This document shows, one piece after another, positions 37,801 through 51,311 of a DNA stretch of 64,000 nucleotides. The DNA lies in assembly GCA_032718475.1 (NCBI GenBank), contig JAUCBJ010007849.1:9724-73723 (forward strand), read 5' to 3'. Each line of letters begins with the position of its first letter. Position 1 is the first letter of the stretch. The notes below the pieces were generated by a model that had not been told where the DNA came from, did not search any database, and was given only the letters and a program-made list of their open reading frames with translations. The position numbers were made by a program, and so were the translations under genes. The DNA is from Nemertoderma westbladi (taxonomy: Eukaryota; Animalia; Xenacoelomorpha).

Positions 37801-40800
37801 ATAGTCTCAATATTCTCTATACAATTACTTTCAATTTCCACAGGTTGCTCCTATAGTCTCAATATTCTCTATACAATTACTTTCACTTTCCACAGGTTGC
37901 TCCTATAGTCTCAATATTCTCTATACAATTACTTTCACTTTCCACAGGTTGCTCCTATAGGCTCAATATTCTCTAATACAATTACTTTGACTTTCCACGA
38001 GTTGCTCCTATAGTCTCAATATTCTCTATACAATTACTTTCACTTTCCACAGGTTGCTCCTATAGTCTCAATATTCTCTATACAATTACTTTCACTTTCC
38101 ACAGGTTGCTCCTATAGTCTCAATATTCTCTATACAATTACTTTCACTTTCCACAGGTTGCTCCTATAGTCTCAATATTCTCTATACAATTACTTTCACT
38201 TTCCACAAGTGGCTTCTATAGTCTCAATATTCTCTATACAATTACTTTCACTTTCCACAGGTTGCTCCTATAGTCTCAATATTCTCTAAACAATTACTTT
38301 CAATTTCCACAGGTTGCTCCTATAGTCTCAATATTCTCTATACAATTACTTTCACTTTCCACAGGTTGCTCCTATAGTCTCAATATTCTCTATACAATTA
38401 CTTTCACTTTCCACAGGTTGCTCCTATAGTCTCAATATTCTCTATACAATTACTTTCACTTTCCACAGGTTGCTCCTATAGTCTCAATATTCTCTAAACA
38501 ATTACTTTCAATTTCCACAGGTTGCTCCTATAGTCTCAATATTCTCTATACAATTACTTTCACTTTCCACAGGTTGCTCCTATAGTCTCAATATTCTCTA
38601 TACAATTACTTTCACTTTCCACAAGTGGCTCCTATAGTCTCAATATTCTCTATACAATTACTTTCACTTTCCACAGGTTGCTCCTATAGTCTCAATATTC
38701 TCTATACAATTACTTTCAATTTCCACAGGTTGCTCCTATAGTCTCAATATTCTCTATACAATTACTTTCACTTTCCACGAATTGCTCCTATAGACTCAAT
38801 ATTCTCTATACAATTACTTTCACTTTCCACAGGTTGCTCCTATAGTCTCAATATTCTCTATACAATTACTTTCACTTTCCACAGGTTGCTCCTATAGGCT
38901 CAATATTCTCTAATACAATTACTTTGACTTTCCACGAGTTGCTCCTATAGTCTCAATATTCTCTATACAATTACTTTCACTTTCCACAGGTTGCTTCTAT
39001 AGTCTCAATATTCTCTATACAATTACTTTCACTTTCCACAGGTTGCTCCTATAGTCTCAATATTCTCCATACAATTATTTTCACTTTCCACAGGTTGCTT
39101 CTATAGTCTCAATATTCTCTATACAATTACTTTCACTTTCCACAGGTTGCTCCTATAGTCTCAATATTCTCTATACAATTACTTTCACTTTCCACAGGTT
39201 GCTTCTATAGTCTCAATATTCTCTATACAATTACTTTCACTTTCCACAGGTTGCTCCTATAGTCTCAATATTCTCTAAACAATTACTTTCAATTTCCACA
39301 GGTTGCTCCTATAGTCTCAATATTCTCTATACAATTACTTTCACTTTCCACAGGTTGCTCCTATAGTCTCAATATTCTCTATACAATTACTTTCACTTTC
39401 CACAGGTTGCTCCTATAGTCTCAATATTCTCTAAACAATTACTTTCAATTTCCACAGGTTGCTCCTATAGTCTCAATATTCTCTATACAATTACTTTCAC
39501 TTTCCACGAATTGCTCCTATAGACTCAATATTCTCTATACAATTACTTTCACTTTCCACAGGTTGCTCCTATAGTCTCAATATTCTCTATACAATTACTT
39601 TCACTTTCCACAGGTTGCTTCTATAGTCTCAATATTCTCTATACAATTACTTTGACTTTCCACGAGTTGCTCCTATAGTCTCAATATTCTCTATACAATT
39701 ACTTTCACTTTCCACAGGTTGCTCCTATAGTCTCAATATTCTCTATACAATTACTTTCACTTTCCACAGGTTGCTTCTATAGTCTCAATATTCTCTATAC
39801 AATTACTTTCACTTTCCACGAGTTGCTCCTATAGTCTCAATATTCTCTATACAATTACTTTCACTTTCCACAGGTTGCTCCTATAGTCTCAATATTCTCT
39901 ATACAATTACTTTCACTTTCCACAGGTTGCTCCTATAGTCTCAATATTCTCTATACAATTACTTTCACTTTCCACAGGTTGCTTCTATAGTCTCAATATT
40001 CTCTATACAATTACTTTCACTTTCCACAGGTTGCTCCTATATACTCAATATTCTCTATACAATTACTTTCACTTTCCACAGGTTGCTCTTATAGTCTCAA
40101 TATTCTCTATACAATTACTTTCACTTTCCACAGGTTGCTCCTATAGTCTCAATATTCTCTATACAATTACTTTCACTTTCCACAGGTTGCTCCTATAGAC
40201 TCAATATTCTCTAAACAATTACTTTCAATTTCCACAGGTTGCTCTTATAGTCTCAATATTCTCTATACAATTACTTTCACTTTCCACAGGTTGCTCCTAT
40301 AGTCTCAATATTATCTATACAATTACTTTCACTTTCCACAGGTTGCTCCTATAGACTCAATATTCTCTAAACAATTACTTTCAATTTCCACAGGTTGCTC
40401 TTATAGTCTCAATATTCTCTATACAATTACTTTCACTTTCCACAGGTTGCTCCTATAGTCTCAATATTCTCTATACAATTACTTTCACTTTCCACAGGTT
40501 GCTCCTATAGTCTCAATATTCTCTATACAATTACTTTCACTTTCCACAGGTTGCTCCTATAACCTCAATATTATCTATACAATTACTTTCACTTTCCACA
40601 GGTTGCTCCTATAGACTCAATATTCTCTATACAATTACTTTCACTTTCCACAGGTTGCTCCTATAGTCTCAATATTCTCTATACAATTACTTTCACTTTC
40701 CACAGGTTGCTCCTATAGTCTCAATATTCTCTATACAATTACTTTCACTTTCCACAGGTTGCTCCTATAGTCTCAATATTCTCTATACAATTACTTTCAC

Positions 40801-43800
40801 TTTCCACAGGTTGCTCCTATAGTCTCAATATTCTCTATACAATTACTTTCACTTTCCACAGGTTGCTCCTATAACCTCAATATTATCTATACAATTACTT
40901 TCACTTTCCACAGGTTGCTCCTATAACCTCAATATTATCTATACAATTACTTTCACTTTCCACGAATTGCTCCTATAGACTCAATATTCTCTATACAATT
41001 ACTTTCAATTTCCACAGGTTGCTCTTATAGTCTCAATATTCTCTATACAATTACTTTCACTTTCCACAGGTTGCTCCTATAGTCTCAATATTCTCTATAC
41101 AATTACTTTAACTTTCCACAGGTTGCTCCTATAGTCTCAATATTCTCTATACAATTACTTTCACTTTCCACAGGTTGCTTCTATAGTCTCAATATTCTCT
41201 ATACAATTACTTTCACTTTCCACGAGTTGCTCCTATAGTCTCAATATTCTCTATACAATTACTTTCACTTTCCACAGGTTGCTCCTATAGTCTCAATATT
41301 CTCTATACAATTACTTTCACTTTCCACAGGTTGCTCCTATAGTCTCAATATTCTCTATACAATTACTTTCACTTTCCACAGGTTGCTTCTATAGTCTCAA
41401 TATTCTCTATACAATTACTTTCACTTTCCACAGGTTGCTCCTATATACTCAATATTCTCTATACAATTACTTTCACTTTCCACAGGTTGCTCTTATAGTC
41501 TCAATATTCTCTATACAATTACTTTCACTTTCCACAGGTTGCTCCTATAGTCTCAATATTCTCTATACAATTACTTTCACTTTCCACAGGTTGCTCCTAT
41601 AGACTCAATATTCTCTAAACAATTACTTTCAATTTCCACAGGTTGCTCTTATAGTCTCAATATTCTCTATACAATTACTTTCACTTTCCACAGGTTGCTC
41701 CTATAGTCTCAATATTCTCTATACAATTACTTTCACTTTCCACAGGTTGCTCCTATAACCTCAATATTATCTATACAATTACTTTCACTTTCCACAGGTT
41801 GCTCCTATAGACTCAATATTCTCTATACAATTACTTTCACTTTCCACAGGTTGCTCCTATAGTCTCAATATTCTCTATACAATTACTTTCACTTTTCACA
41901 GGTTGCTCCTATAGTCTCAATATTCTCTATACAATTACTTTCACTTTCCACAGGTTGCTCCTATAGTCTCAATATTCTCTATACAATTACTTTCACTTTC
42001 CACAGGTTGCTCCTATAACCTCAATATTATCTATACAATTACTTTCACTTTCCACAGGTTGCTCCTATAACCTCAATATTATCTATACAATTACTTTCAC
42101 TTTCCACGAATTGCTCCTATAGACTCAATATTCTCTATACAATTACTTTCAATTTCCACAGGTTGCTCTTATAGTCTCAATATTCTCTATACAATTACTT
42201 TCACTTTCCACAGGTTGCTCCTATAGTCTCAATATTCTCTATACAATTACTTTCACTTTCCACAGGTTGCTTCTATAGTCTCAATATTCTCTATACAATT
42301 ACTTTCACTTTCCACAGGTTGCTCCTATATACTCAATATTATCTAAACAATTACTTTCAATTTCCACAGGTTGCTCTTATAGTCTCAATATTCTCTATAC
42401 AATTACTTTCACTTTCCACAGGTTGCTCCTATAGTCTCAATATTCTCTATACAATTACTTTCACTTTCCACAGGTTGCTCCTATAGTCTCAATATTCTCT
42501 ATACAATTACTTTCACTTTCCACAGGTTGCTCCTATAACCTCAATATTATCTATACAATTACTTTCACTTTCCACAGGTTGCTCCTATAGACTCAATATT
42601 CTCTATACAATTACTTTCACTTTCCACAGGTTGCTCCTATAGTCTCAATATTCTCTATACAATTACTTTCACTTTCCACAGGTTGCTCCTATAGTCTCAA
42701 TATTCTCTATACAATTGCTTTCACTTTCCACAGGTTGCTCCTATAGTCTCAATATTCTCTATACAATTACTTTCACTTTCCACAGGTTGCTCCTATAGTC
42801 TCAATATTCTCTATACAATTACTTTCACTTTCCACAGGTTGCTCCTATAACCTCAATATTATCTATACAATTACTTTCACTTTCCACAGGTTGCTCCTAT
42901 AACCTCAATATTATCTATACAATTACTTTCACTTTCCACGAATTGCTCCTATAGACTCAATATTCTCTATACAATTACTTTCACTTTCCACAGGTTGCTC
43001 TTATAGTCTCAATATTCTCTAAACAATTACTTTCACTTTCCACAGGTTGCTCTTATAGTCTCAATATTCTCTATACAATTACTTTCACTTTCCACAGGTT
43101 GCTCCTATAGACTAAATATTCTCTAAACAATTACTTTCACTTTCCACAGGTTGCTCCTATAGTCTTAATATTCTCTAATACAATTACTTTGACTTTCCAC
43201 GAGTTGCTCCTATAGACTCAATATTCTCTATACAATTACTTTCACTTTCCACGAATTGCTCCTATAGACTCAATATTCTCTATACAATTACTTTCACTTT
43301 CCACAAGTGGCTCCTATAGTCTCAATATTCTCTATTCAATTACTTTCACTTTCCACAGGTTGCTCCTATAGACTCAATATTCTCTAAACAATTACTTTCA
43401 CTTTCCACAGGTTGCTCCTATAGTCTTAATATTCTCTAATACAATTACTTTCACTTTCCACGAATTGCTCCTATAGACTCAATATTCTCTATACAATTAC
43501 TTTCACTTTCCACAAGTGGCTCCTATAGTCTCAATATTCTCTATACAATTACTTTCACTTTCCACAGGTTGCTCCTATAGTCTCAATATTCTCTATACAA
43601 TTACTTTCACTTTCCACAGGTTGCTCTTATAGTCTCAATATTCTCTATACAATTACTTTCACTTTCCACAGGTTGCTCCTATAGACTCAATATTCTCTAA
43701 ACAATTACTTTCAATTTCCACAGGTTGCTCCTATAGTCTTAATATTCTCTAATACAATTACTTTCACTTTCCACGAATTGCTCCTATAGACTCAATATTA

Positions 43801-46800
43801 TCTATACAATTACTTTCACTTTCCACAGGTTGCTCCTATAACCTCAATATTATCTATACAATTACTTTCACTTTCCACGAATTGCTCCTATAGACTCAAT
43901 ATTCTCTATACAATTACTTTCACTTTCCACGAATTGCTCCAATAGACTCAATATTCTCTATACAATTACTTTCACTTTCCACAGGTTGCTCCTATAGACT
44001 CAATATTCTCTAAACAATTACTTTCAATTTCCACAGGTTGCTCCTATAGACTCAATATTCTCTATACAATTACTTTCACTTTCCACGAATTGCTCCTATA
44101 GACTCAATATTCTCTATACAATTACTTTCACTTTCCACAGGTTGCTCCTATAGACTCAATATTCTCTAAACAATTACTTTCAATTTCCACAGGTTGCTCC
44201 TATAGACTCAATATTCTCTATACAATTACTTTCACTTTCCACGAATTGCTCCTATAGACTCAATATTCTCTATACAATTACTTTCACTTTCCACAGGTTG
44301 CTCCTATAGACTCAATATTCTCTAAACAATTACTTTCAATTTCCACAGGTTGCTCCTATAGACTCAATATTCTCTATACAATTACTTTCACTTTCCACGA
44401 ATTGCTCCTATAGACTCAATATTCTCTATACAATTACTTTCACTTTCCACAGGTTGCTCCTATAGTCTCAATATTCTCTATACAATTACTTTCACTTTCC
44501 ACAGGTTGCTCCTATAACCTCAATATTATCTATACAATTACTTTCACTTTCCACAGGTTGCTCCTATAACCTCAATATTATCTATACAATTACTTTCACT
44601 TTCCACGAATTGCTCCTATAGACTCAATATTCTCTATACAATTACTTTCACTTTCCACAGGTTGCTCCTATAGTCTCAATATTCTCTATAAAATTACTTT
44701 CACTTTCCACAGGTTGCTTTTATAGTCTCAATATTCTCTATACAATTACTTTCACTTTCCACAAGTGGCTCCTATAGTCTCAATATTCTCTATACAATTA
44801 CTTTCACTTTCCACAGGTTGCTCCTATAACCTCAATATTATCTATACAATTACTTTCACTTTCCACGAATTGCTCCTATAGACTCAATATTCTCTATACA
44901 ATTACTTTCACTTTCCACAGGTTGCTCCTATAGTCTCAATATTCTCTATAAAATTACTTTCACTTTCCACAGGTTGCTCCTATAGTCTCAATATTCTCTA
45001 TAAAATTACTTTCACTTTTCACAGGTTGCTTTTATAGTCTCAATATTCTCTATACAATTACTTTCACTTTCCACAGGTTGCTCCTATAACCTCAATATTA
45101 TCTATACAATTACTTTCACTTTCCACAGGTTGCTCCTATAACCTCAATATTATCTATACAATTACTTTCACTTTCCACGAATTGCTCCTATAGACTCAAT
45201 ATTCTCTATACAATTACTTTCACTTTCCACAGGTTGCTCCTATAGTCTCAATATTCTCTATAAAATTACTTTCACTTTCCACAGGTTGCTTTTATAGTCT
45301 CAATATTCTCTATACAATTACTTTCACTTTCCACAAGTGGCTCCTATAGTCTCAATATTCTCTATATAATTACTTTCACTTTCCACAAGTGGCTCCTATA
45401 GTCTCAATATTCTCTATACAATTACTTTCACTTTCCACAAGTGGCTCCTATAGTCTCAATATTCTCTATACAATTACTTTCACTTTCCACAAGTGGCTCC
45501 TATAGTCTCAATATTCTCTATACAATTACTTTCACTTTCCACAAGTGGCTCCTATAGTCTCAATATTCTCTATACAATTACTTTCACTTTCCACAAGTGG
45601 CTCCTATAGACTCAATATTCTCTAAACAATTACTTTCACTTTCCACAGGTTGCTCTTATAGTCTCAATATTCTCTATACAATTACTTTCACTTTCCACAA
45701 GTGGCTCCTATAGTCTCAATATTATCTATACAATTACTTTCACTTTCCACAAGTGGCTCCTATAGTCTCAATATTCTCTATACAATTACTTTCACTTTCC
45801 ACAAGTGGCTCCTATAGTCTCAATATTCTCTATACAATTACTTTCACTTTCCACAGGTTGCTCCTATAGTCTCAATATTCTCTATACAATTACTTTCACT
45901 TTCCACAGGTTGCTCCTATAACCTCAATATTATCTATACAATTACTTTCACTTTCCACAGGTTGCTCCTATAACCTCAATATTATCTATACAATTACTTT
46001 CACTTTCCACGAATTGCTCCTATAGACTCAATATTCTCTATACAATTACTTTCACTTTCCACAGGTTGCTCTTATAGTCTCAATATTCTCTAAACAATTA
46101 CTTTCACTTTCCACAGGTTGCTCTTATAGTCTCAATATTCTCTATACAATTACTTTCACTTTCCACAGGTTGCTCCTATAGACTCAATATTCTCTAAACA
46201 ATTACTTTCACTTTCCACAGGTTGCTCCTATAGTCTTAATATTCTCTAATACAATTACTTTGACTTTCCACGAGTTGCTCCTATAGACTCAATATTCTCT
46301 ATACAATTACTTTCACTTTCCACGAATTGCTCCTATAGACTCAATATTCTCTATACAATTACTTTCACTTTCCACAAGTGGCTCCTATAGTCTCAATATT
46401 CTCTATACAATTACTTTCACTTTCCACAGGTTGCTCCTATAGACTCAATATTCTCTAAACAATTACTTTCACTTTCCACAGGTTGCTCCTATAGTCTTAA
46501 TATTCTCTAATACAATTACTTTCACTTTCCACGAATTGCTCCTATAGACTCAATATTCTCTATACAATTACTTTCACTTTCCACAAGTGGCTCCTATAGT
46601 CTCAATATTCTCTATACAATTACTTTCACTTTCCACAGGTTGCTCCTATAGTCTCAATATTCTCTATACAATTACTTTCACTTTCCACAGGTTGCTCTTA
46701 TAGTCTCAATATTCTCTATACAATTACTTTCACTTTCCACAGGTTGCTCCTATAGACTCAATATTCTCTAAACAATTACTTTCAATTTCCACAGGTTGCT

Positions 46801-46870
46801 CCTATAGTCTTAATATTCTCTAATACAATTACTTTCACTTTCCACGAATTGCTCCTATAGACTCAATATT
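19814..46870 (+). repeat. 52-bp splice-junction satellite, left block (about 520 units)
   Basis: Consensus tctatacaattactttcactttccacag|gttgctcctatagtctcaatattc, period 52, near-identical copies with recurrent variants. Confidence 0.98.
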
Positions 46871-47353
46871 TTCGCAGTCCTCTGTGATACTGCCGAGGAA
46901 CCAACAGTTGGTGGTAAAGTACCTCCAAGTGGGACGGTAGATCTTGTAGCACCCATCAAAGGGATCTCACCTGCACCCGTTGTACTCAAACCGAAAAAAC
47001 ATAAGAAATCTATAAACGAAATATCGGATGAGTTATCCTTAACTCAACACACAATAAAAGAAAACGCTAATGGGGCGGCTAAGCGACGAGGCCGTAGTGC
47101 AACTAGAGGTAGTCGATCTGGTAGTGTGGGTGACATTGGCAAACAACGGGCCAACTCCCGCAGTATGATAAGTCGCTCAGCTCGGAGCAAGGAGGCTACC
47201 CAGCAGGGACCCAGTCAGGGCGAGAAACAGGATCCGAACCCAACGTGTCCTAACCAAGACATGGTTGGTACCAGTCGTGGTGACCTTGCGGGTGGCGTTA
47301 GCGAGGGTCAATCTGCAAACCCTACGAGCTCCGACACCTTCGAAATAGGGTGA
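46871..47353 (+). pseudogene. Truncated LINE ORF1 C-terminus
   Basis: Frame is open from the insertion junction (FAVLCDTAEEP...KPKKHKK...KRRGRS) to TGA at 47351-47353, with no initiator at the junction. Confidence 0.7.
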
Positions 47354-47400
47354 CCAGTACGACCAGTGGCGGTAACCTGAACTCGAGACCAATTAATTAT

Positions 47401-50400
47401 ATGCCTATAAGTTCACTAAAAGTTGGGTCTTTGAATGTTGAAGGTATAGTTAACAAATTACCAGACTTGGAGTTCCAGGAAGTATTAAATAATTATGATA
47501 TTTTTGTATGTACAGAAACCTGGCTGAGCCCTGAAAATTCACTCATTGCGGATATTGCAGGTTTTAATTATTTTGCCGTAACAAGGTTGAATAAAAATCC
47601 CAAAGCTAGACGTTTTAGTGGAGGGATAAACGTGTATTACAAAAAACAGCTTGAAGGACATATAACTGTTCTAGAACGTAATGAGGATATAATTTTTCTA
47701 AATATCTGTGGAACTATTGTAAATTCACCGATTGATATATTATTTTGTGCAATTTATATACCCCCAGAAGGATCAACTTCCCATTGTGGTGACCCTGCAT
47801 CTTTATATGACTTACTTGAAAATGGAATTGCTAAATTTGGTTCGAGCAGGGAAACTATTATAGCAGGCGATTTCAATGCCAGAACTGCAGAACTGAATGA
47901 TTTCATTTGTGATGAATATTCTGACAGGCCCAATGACTTAAATGAGTTATTGCCCCCAGATTATGTTTTCGATGATGACAATGGTGACTGGGAAGGTTCT
48001 GTAAATAAAATTAGGAGAAATCAGGATGAAGTAAAAAATAACCATGGTAAACTACTTCTAAATTTGTGTAAAAATGCCAGGGTCAGAATATTGAATGGAA
48101 GGGCTGGGCGCGATGATGGCGTAGGAAAGTTTACATTTTTTGCACCTGGTGAAAGGAGAACTAGGGCTTCGACCATAGACTATATCCTAGCTGGATGCGG
48201 TCTATTATCTCACTGCTCAAATTTTTATGTTGGGGACCCAAATTTGTTTAGTCCTCACGTTATTGTCACTGCCGAATTTTATTGGCCAGTAGAAATTGAA
48301 ACGCAAGTGGATACTAATATCGATAAAACAACGAAATGCGGGGAACAAAATAGTAGGTTTAAATGGAAGGAAAAATTCAGTGATAAGTTTAAAAAAGAGC
48401 TATCTTCAGAAGTGGTACAAACTAAATTAGACAATATCGCCGACAAACTATGCACAGGACTTAACACTCCGGCGGATATTGATAATGCAACAGAGGAGAT
48501 AGTTGACTGCATTAGACAAGTGGCAGGACGATACTTCAAAGTAAGGGAAGGCGGATCACCGGGTGATAAATGTAATGTTTCTTACCCGTGGTACAATGAT
48601 GAGTGTGCGGATAAGCGTTTTATTTTTCGTAGAGAATTTAATGCATGGAAAAATAGTCCCACTCACAGTACCTTCAACAGACTAGCTACATCTCGTTCAC
48701 AGTACTGTAAGTGCATTCGTCAAGCAAAGGCAAGATATGATCGAGAACAGTCACAAACATTAGAACGCACTAGGGTGGTGAATAGCCAACAGTTTTGGGC
48801 AATGTTAAAAAACTCAACAGGAACAGGTTCTAGAACTCGCGAGGGGGGGCCTACATTAGACTCATTCTCAAAGTATTACGAGACCCTACTGTCAAATAAT
48901 AACAATTTTGTAGATGTAGGCATCTCACCACCAGAAACGGTTAACGTAGATGAGTGCCAAGGCATGTTCGAAAACGATATTTCGGTTGCTTTAACTGAAT
49001 GTGAGTTGGAAAATGCTATTGATAGATTGAAGAAACGTAAATCCCCTGGAATAGATAACATTTTGAACGAGTTCCTGATTGAAGGTAAAGATTTCCTCAT
49101 TCCAATTTTAACAGTACTTTTCAATGCCATTTTGGCATCTGGCAAATTCCCCACAGAATGGGCGATTGCGATAATTTCTCCTATATATAAGAAGAAAGGT
49201 ACATTTTCTGACCCAGATAACTATAGGGGTATATCTCTTATTAGTTGCATAGCCAAACTATTCACCAGCATAGTAAATTCAAGATTGTCATTTTGGGCAG
49301 ACTGTATGGAAGTTCTATCGGAAGCACAGGCGGGTTTCAGATATGGATACAGTACGATCGATCATATCTTCTTGTTAAATGGACTAGTTGAACATTTCAC
49401 TCGTAATCAAGTTGGTAAGCTATACGCGGCCTTTATTGACTTCTCAAAGGCGTTTGATAGCGTTAACAGGGACGCACTGTGGATAAAACTAGCTAGTATT
49501 GGGTTCAGTGGTAAGCTGTTTGATGTGATCAAGAGCATGTATAGTTGCGTCAAATCGTGTGTGCGCTCTAATGGAGAAGTCTCTGATTGTTTTCCGTGTT
49601 TGTCAGGTGTGAGACAGGGTGATTGTTTGTCTCCCTTTTTATTTGCGATGTTCATGAACGATCTGGAGGCAGAGCTTGCGAAGGATGGTTTTGAAGGGAT
49701 TACTATAGGATATTTACATTTATTTCTCATCCTTTATGCCGACGATATTGTATTACTTGCAAGCAGTCCATCAGACTTACAACATTGTCTCGACACGTTA
49801 GGTGACTATTGCGACTACTGGGGTTTAAGGGTTAATCTCGCCAAATCAAATGTTATGGTGTTTCGCAAAGGTGGGCAACTTGCAAGATTAGAAAGGTGGT
49901 CATACAAGGGTGTTGCTATGGAAACGGTTTCACATTATTTGTATCTGGGAGTTACCTTTTCTTGTATGGGGTCCTTCACCGAGGCTCAACGTGTACTTGC
50001 AGAGAAGGCGAATAAGGCATTGTTTTCGTTGAACAAATATCTATTCACATTCCCATGTATCACATTTGATCTTCGCTACAAACTATTTAACTCTCTAATA
50101 CTTCCGATCCTGCACTACGGGTGCCCAGTATGGGGGGACATCGCAGGTCCAGACGTGGAAAAGGTACATCTAAAATTTCTCAAGAGAGGTCTGGGCGTGA
50201 AAACGACAACCCCAAACTTTATGGTGTATGGAGAGACAGGGACGGTACCGCTACGTCTCCATCGACAATTTGCTATGTTAAAATTTTGGGTGAGGATTCT
50301 GAAGCTCCCTGAGAAACGCCTGACAAAACAGATATATTACACACTGCTTAAGGACATGCATACGCAAACATCGAGTAAAAGGGGTGCGACAAACTGGGTA

Positions 50401-50943
50401 GTACAAATACGTAACTTAATCAACAATATTGGATTGAGCTCTTTTTGGACGGAACAAAATGTACACAATGAAAAAACCTTCCTTGCCAGCGCCAAGAGGA
50501 GGCTTCATGATCAGTTCATCCAGGGATGGTGGGCTGATTGCGAAGCGTCTTCTAAGGGAGCCCTATATATAAAATATAACTTTCGAGTTGAGGGTTACTT
50601 AAACATTTTGACTGACCACCCCAAACTGAAAGTAGCCTTGGCACGCCTACGTTGTTCTTCACATAATTTACGTGTGGAAGAAGGCAGATGGCGGAAAGAA
50701 AACCCATTGGAAAGATTATGTGTTTTTTGCACACTAAATGCAATAGAGGACGAAATGCATTTCATCCTGATCTGCCCAGCTTATGCGGAACTACGATTGC
50801 AATTAATACCCGAAACTTTTTGGCGAGACCCAACGAAACAAAATTACCGCCAATTGTTGTCAACGAACTCCAAATCAGCCCTTGTAAATCTGAGCCTGTT
50901 CATTTATAAGGCGATGAAAATCAGAAATGAAACTAACAAATAA
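47401..50943 (+). CDS. LINE ORF2: AP endonuclease, reverse transcriptase and C-terminal Cys/His motif
   Basis: SLNVEG, TETW, AGDFNAR, IDYI; KSPGID, NYRGISL, QAGFR, FIDFSKAFDSV, GVRQGDCLSP, LYADD, YLGV; CVFC...EDEMHFILIC. First ATG is at 47401. Confidence 0.95.
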   Translation: MPISSLKVGSLNVEGIVNKLPDLEFQEVLNNYDIFVCTETWLSPENSLIADIAGFNYFAVTRLNKNPKARRFSGGINVYYKKQLEGHITVLERNEDIIFLNICGTIVNSPIDILFCAIYIPPEGSTSHCGDPASLYDLLENGIAKFGSSRETIIAGDFNARTAELNDFICDEYSDRPNDLNELLPPDYVFDDDNGDWEGSVNKIRRNQDEVKNNHGKLLLNLCKNARVRILNGRAGRDDGVGKFTFFAPGERRTRASTIDYILAGCGLLSHCSNFYVGDPNLFSPHVIVTAEFYWPVEIETQVDTNIDKTTKCGEQNSRFKWKEKFSDKFKKELSSEVVQTKLDNIADKLCTGLNTPADIDNATEEIVDCIRQVAGRYFKVREGGSPGDKCNVSYPWYNDECADKRFIFRREFNAWKNSPTHSTFNRLATSRSQYCKCIRQAKARYDREQSQTLERTRVVNSQQFWAMLKNSTGTGSRTREGGPTLDSFSKYYETLLSNNNNFVDVGISPPETVNVDECQGMFENDISVALTECELENAIDRLKKRKSPGIDNILNEFLIEGKDFLIPILTVLFNAILASGKFPTEWAIAIISPIYKKKGTFSDPDNYRGISLISCIAKLFTSIVNSRLSFWADCMEVLSEAQAGFRYGYSTIDHIFLLNGLVEHFTRNQVGKLYAAFIDFSKAFDSVNRDALWIKLASIGFSGKLFDVIKSMYSCVKSCVRSNGEVSDCFPCLSGVRQGDCLSPFLFAMFMNDLEAELAKDGFEGITIGYLHLFLILYADDIVLLASSPSDLQHCLDTLGDYCDYWGLRVNLAKSNVMVFRKGGQLARLERWSYKGVAMETVSHYLYLGVTFSCMGSFTEAQRVLAEKANKALFSLNKYLFTFPCITFDLRYKLFNSLILPILHYGCPVWGDIAGPDVEKVHLKFLKRGLGVKTTTPNFMVYGETGTVPLRLHRQFAMLKFWVRILKLPEKRLTKQIYYTLLKDMHTQTSSKRGATNWVVQIRNLINNIGLSSFWTEQNVHNEKTFLASAKRRLHDQFIQGWWADCEASSKGALYIKYNFRVEGYLNILTDHPKLKVALARLRCSSHNLRVEEGRWRKENPLERLCVFCTLNAIEDEMHFILICPAYAELRLQLIPETFWRDPTKQNYRQLLSTNSKSALVNLSLFIYKAMKIRNETNK

Positions 50944-51311
50944 TTATTTATATTTTCTAACAATATTAATATTTCATCTATTAACTTAAATTGTTGTGTG
51001 TTTCATTTTCATTGTTGATTTATGCATTGGGGTCACGGCGCTAAGTAGAAATATAATATATCTATTATACTTTGAAGTATACGAACACGACTATTAATGA
51101 TAAAATAGAATATTGTTTCCTTATACGGTGTAACTCAGATTATAGATAGGATAATTTCGCTATTCTGTCCTACCTTCTAAGAAATTGTTATTTATAATAG
51201 TTCAGCTGGTGTACTGATTGATCAATTTATATTACATGGTGTCTACCGGTAAAGTGCAACAATTACATTAATTTGTATGTTGAAATAATAAATAAATAAT
51301 AAAAAAAAAAA

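Larger units (their letters stand above)
46871..51311 (+). mobile_element. Non-LTR retrotransposon (APE-RT LINE, possibly RTE-X clade), 5'-truncated within ORF1
   Basis: ORF1 tail, intact ORF2, ~350-bp 3' UTR, AATAAA repeats and poly(A); TSD AATATT at 46865-46870 and 51312-51317. Clade assignment is tentative. Confidence 0.93.
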
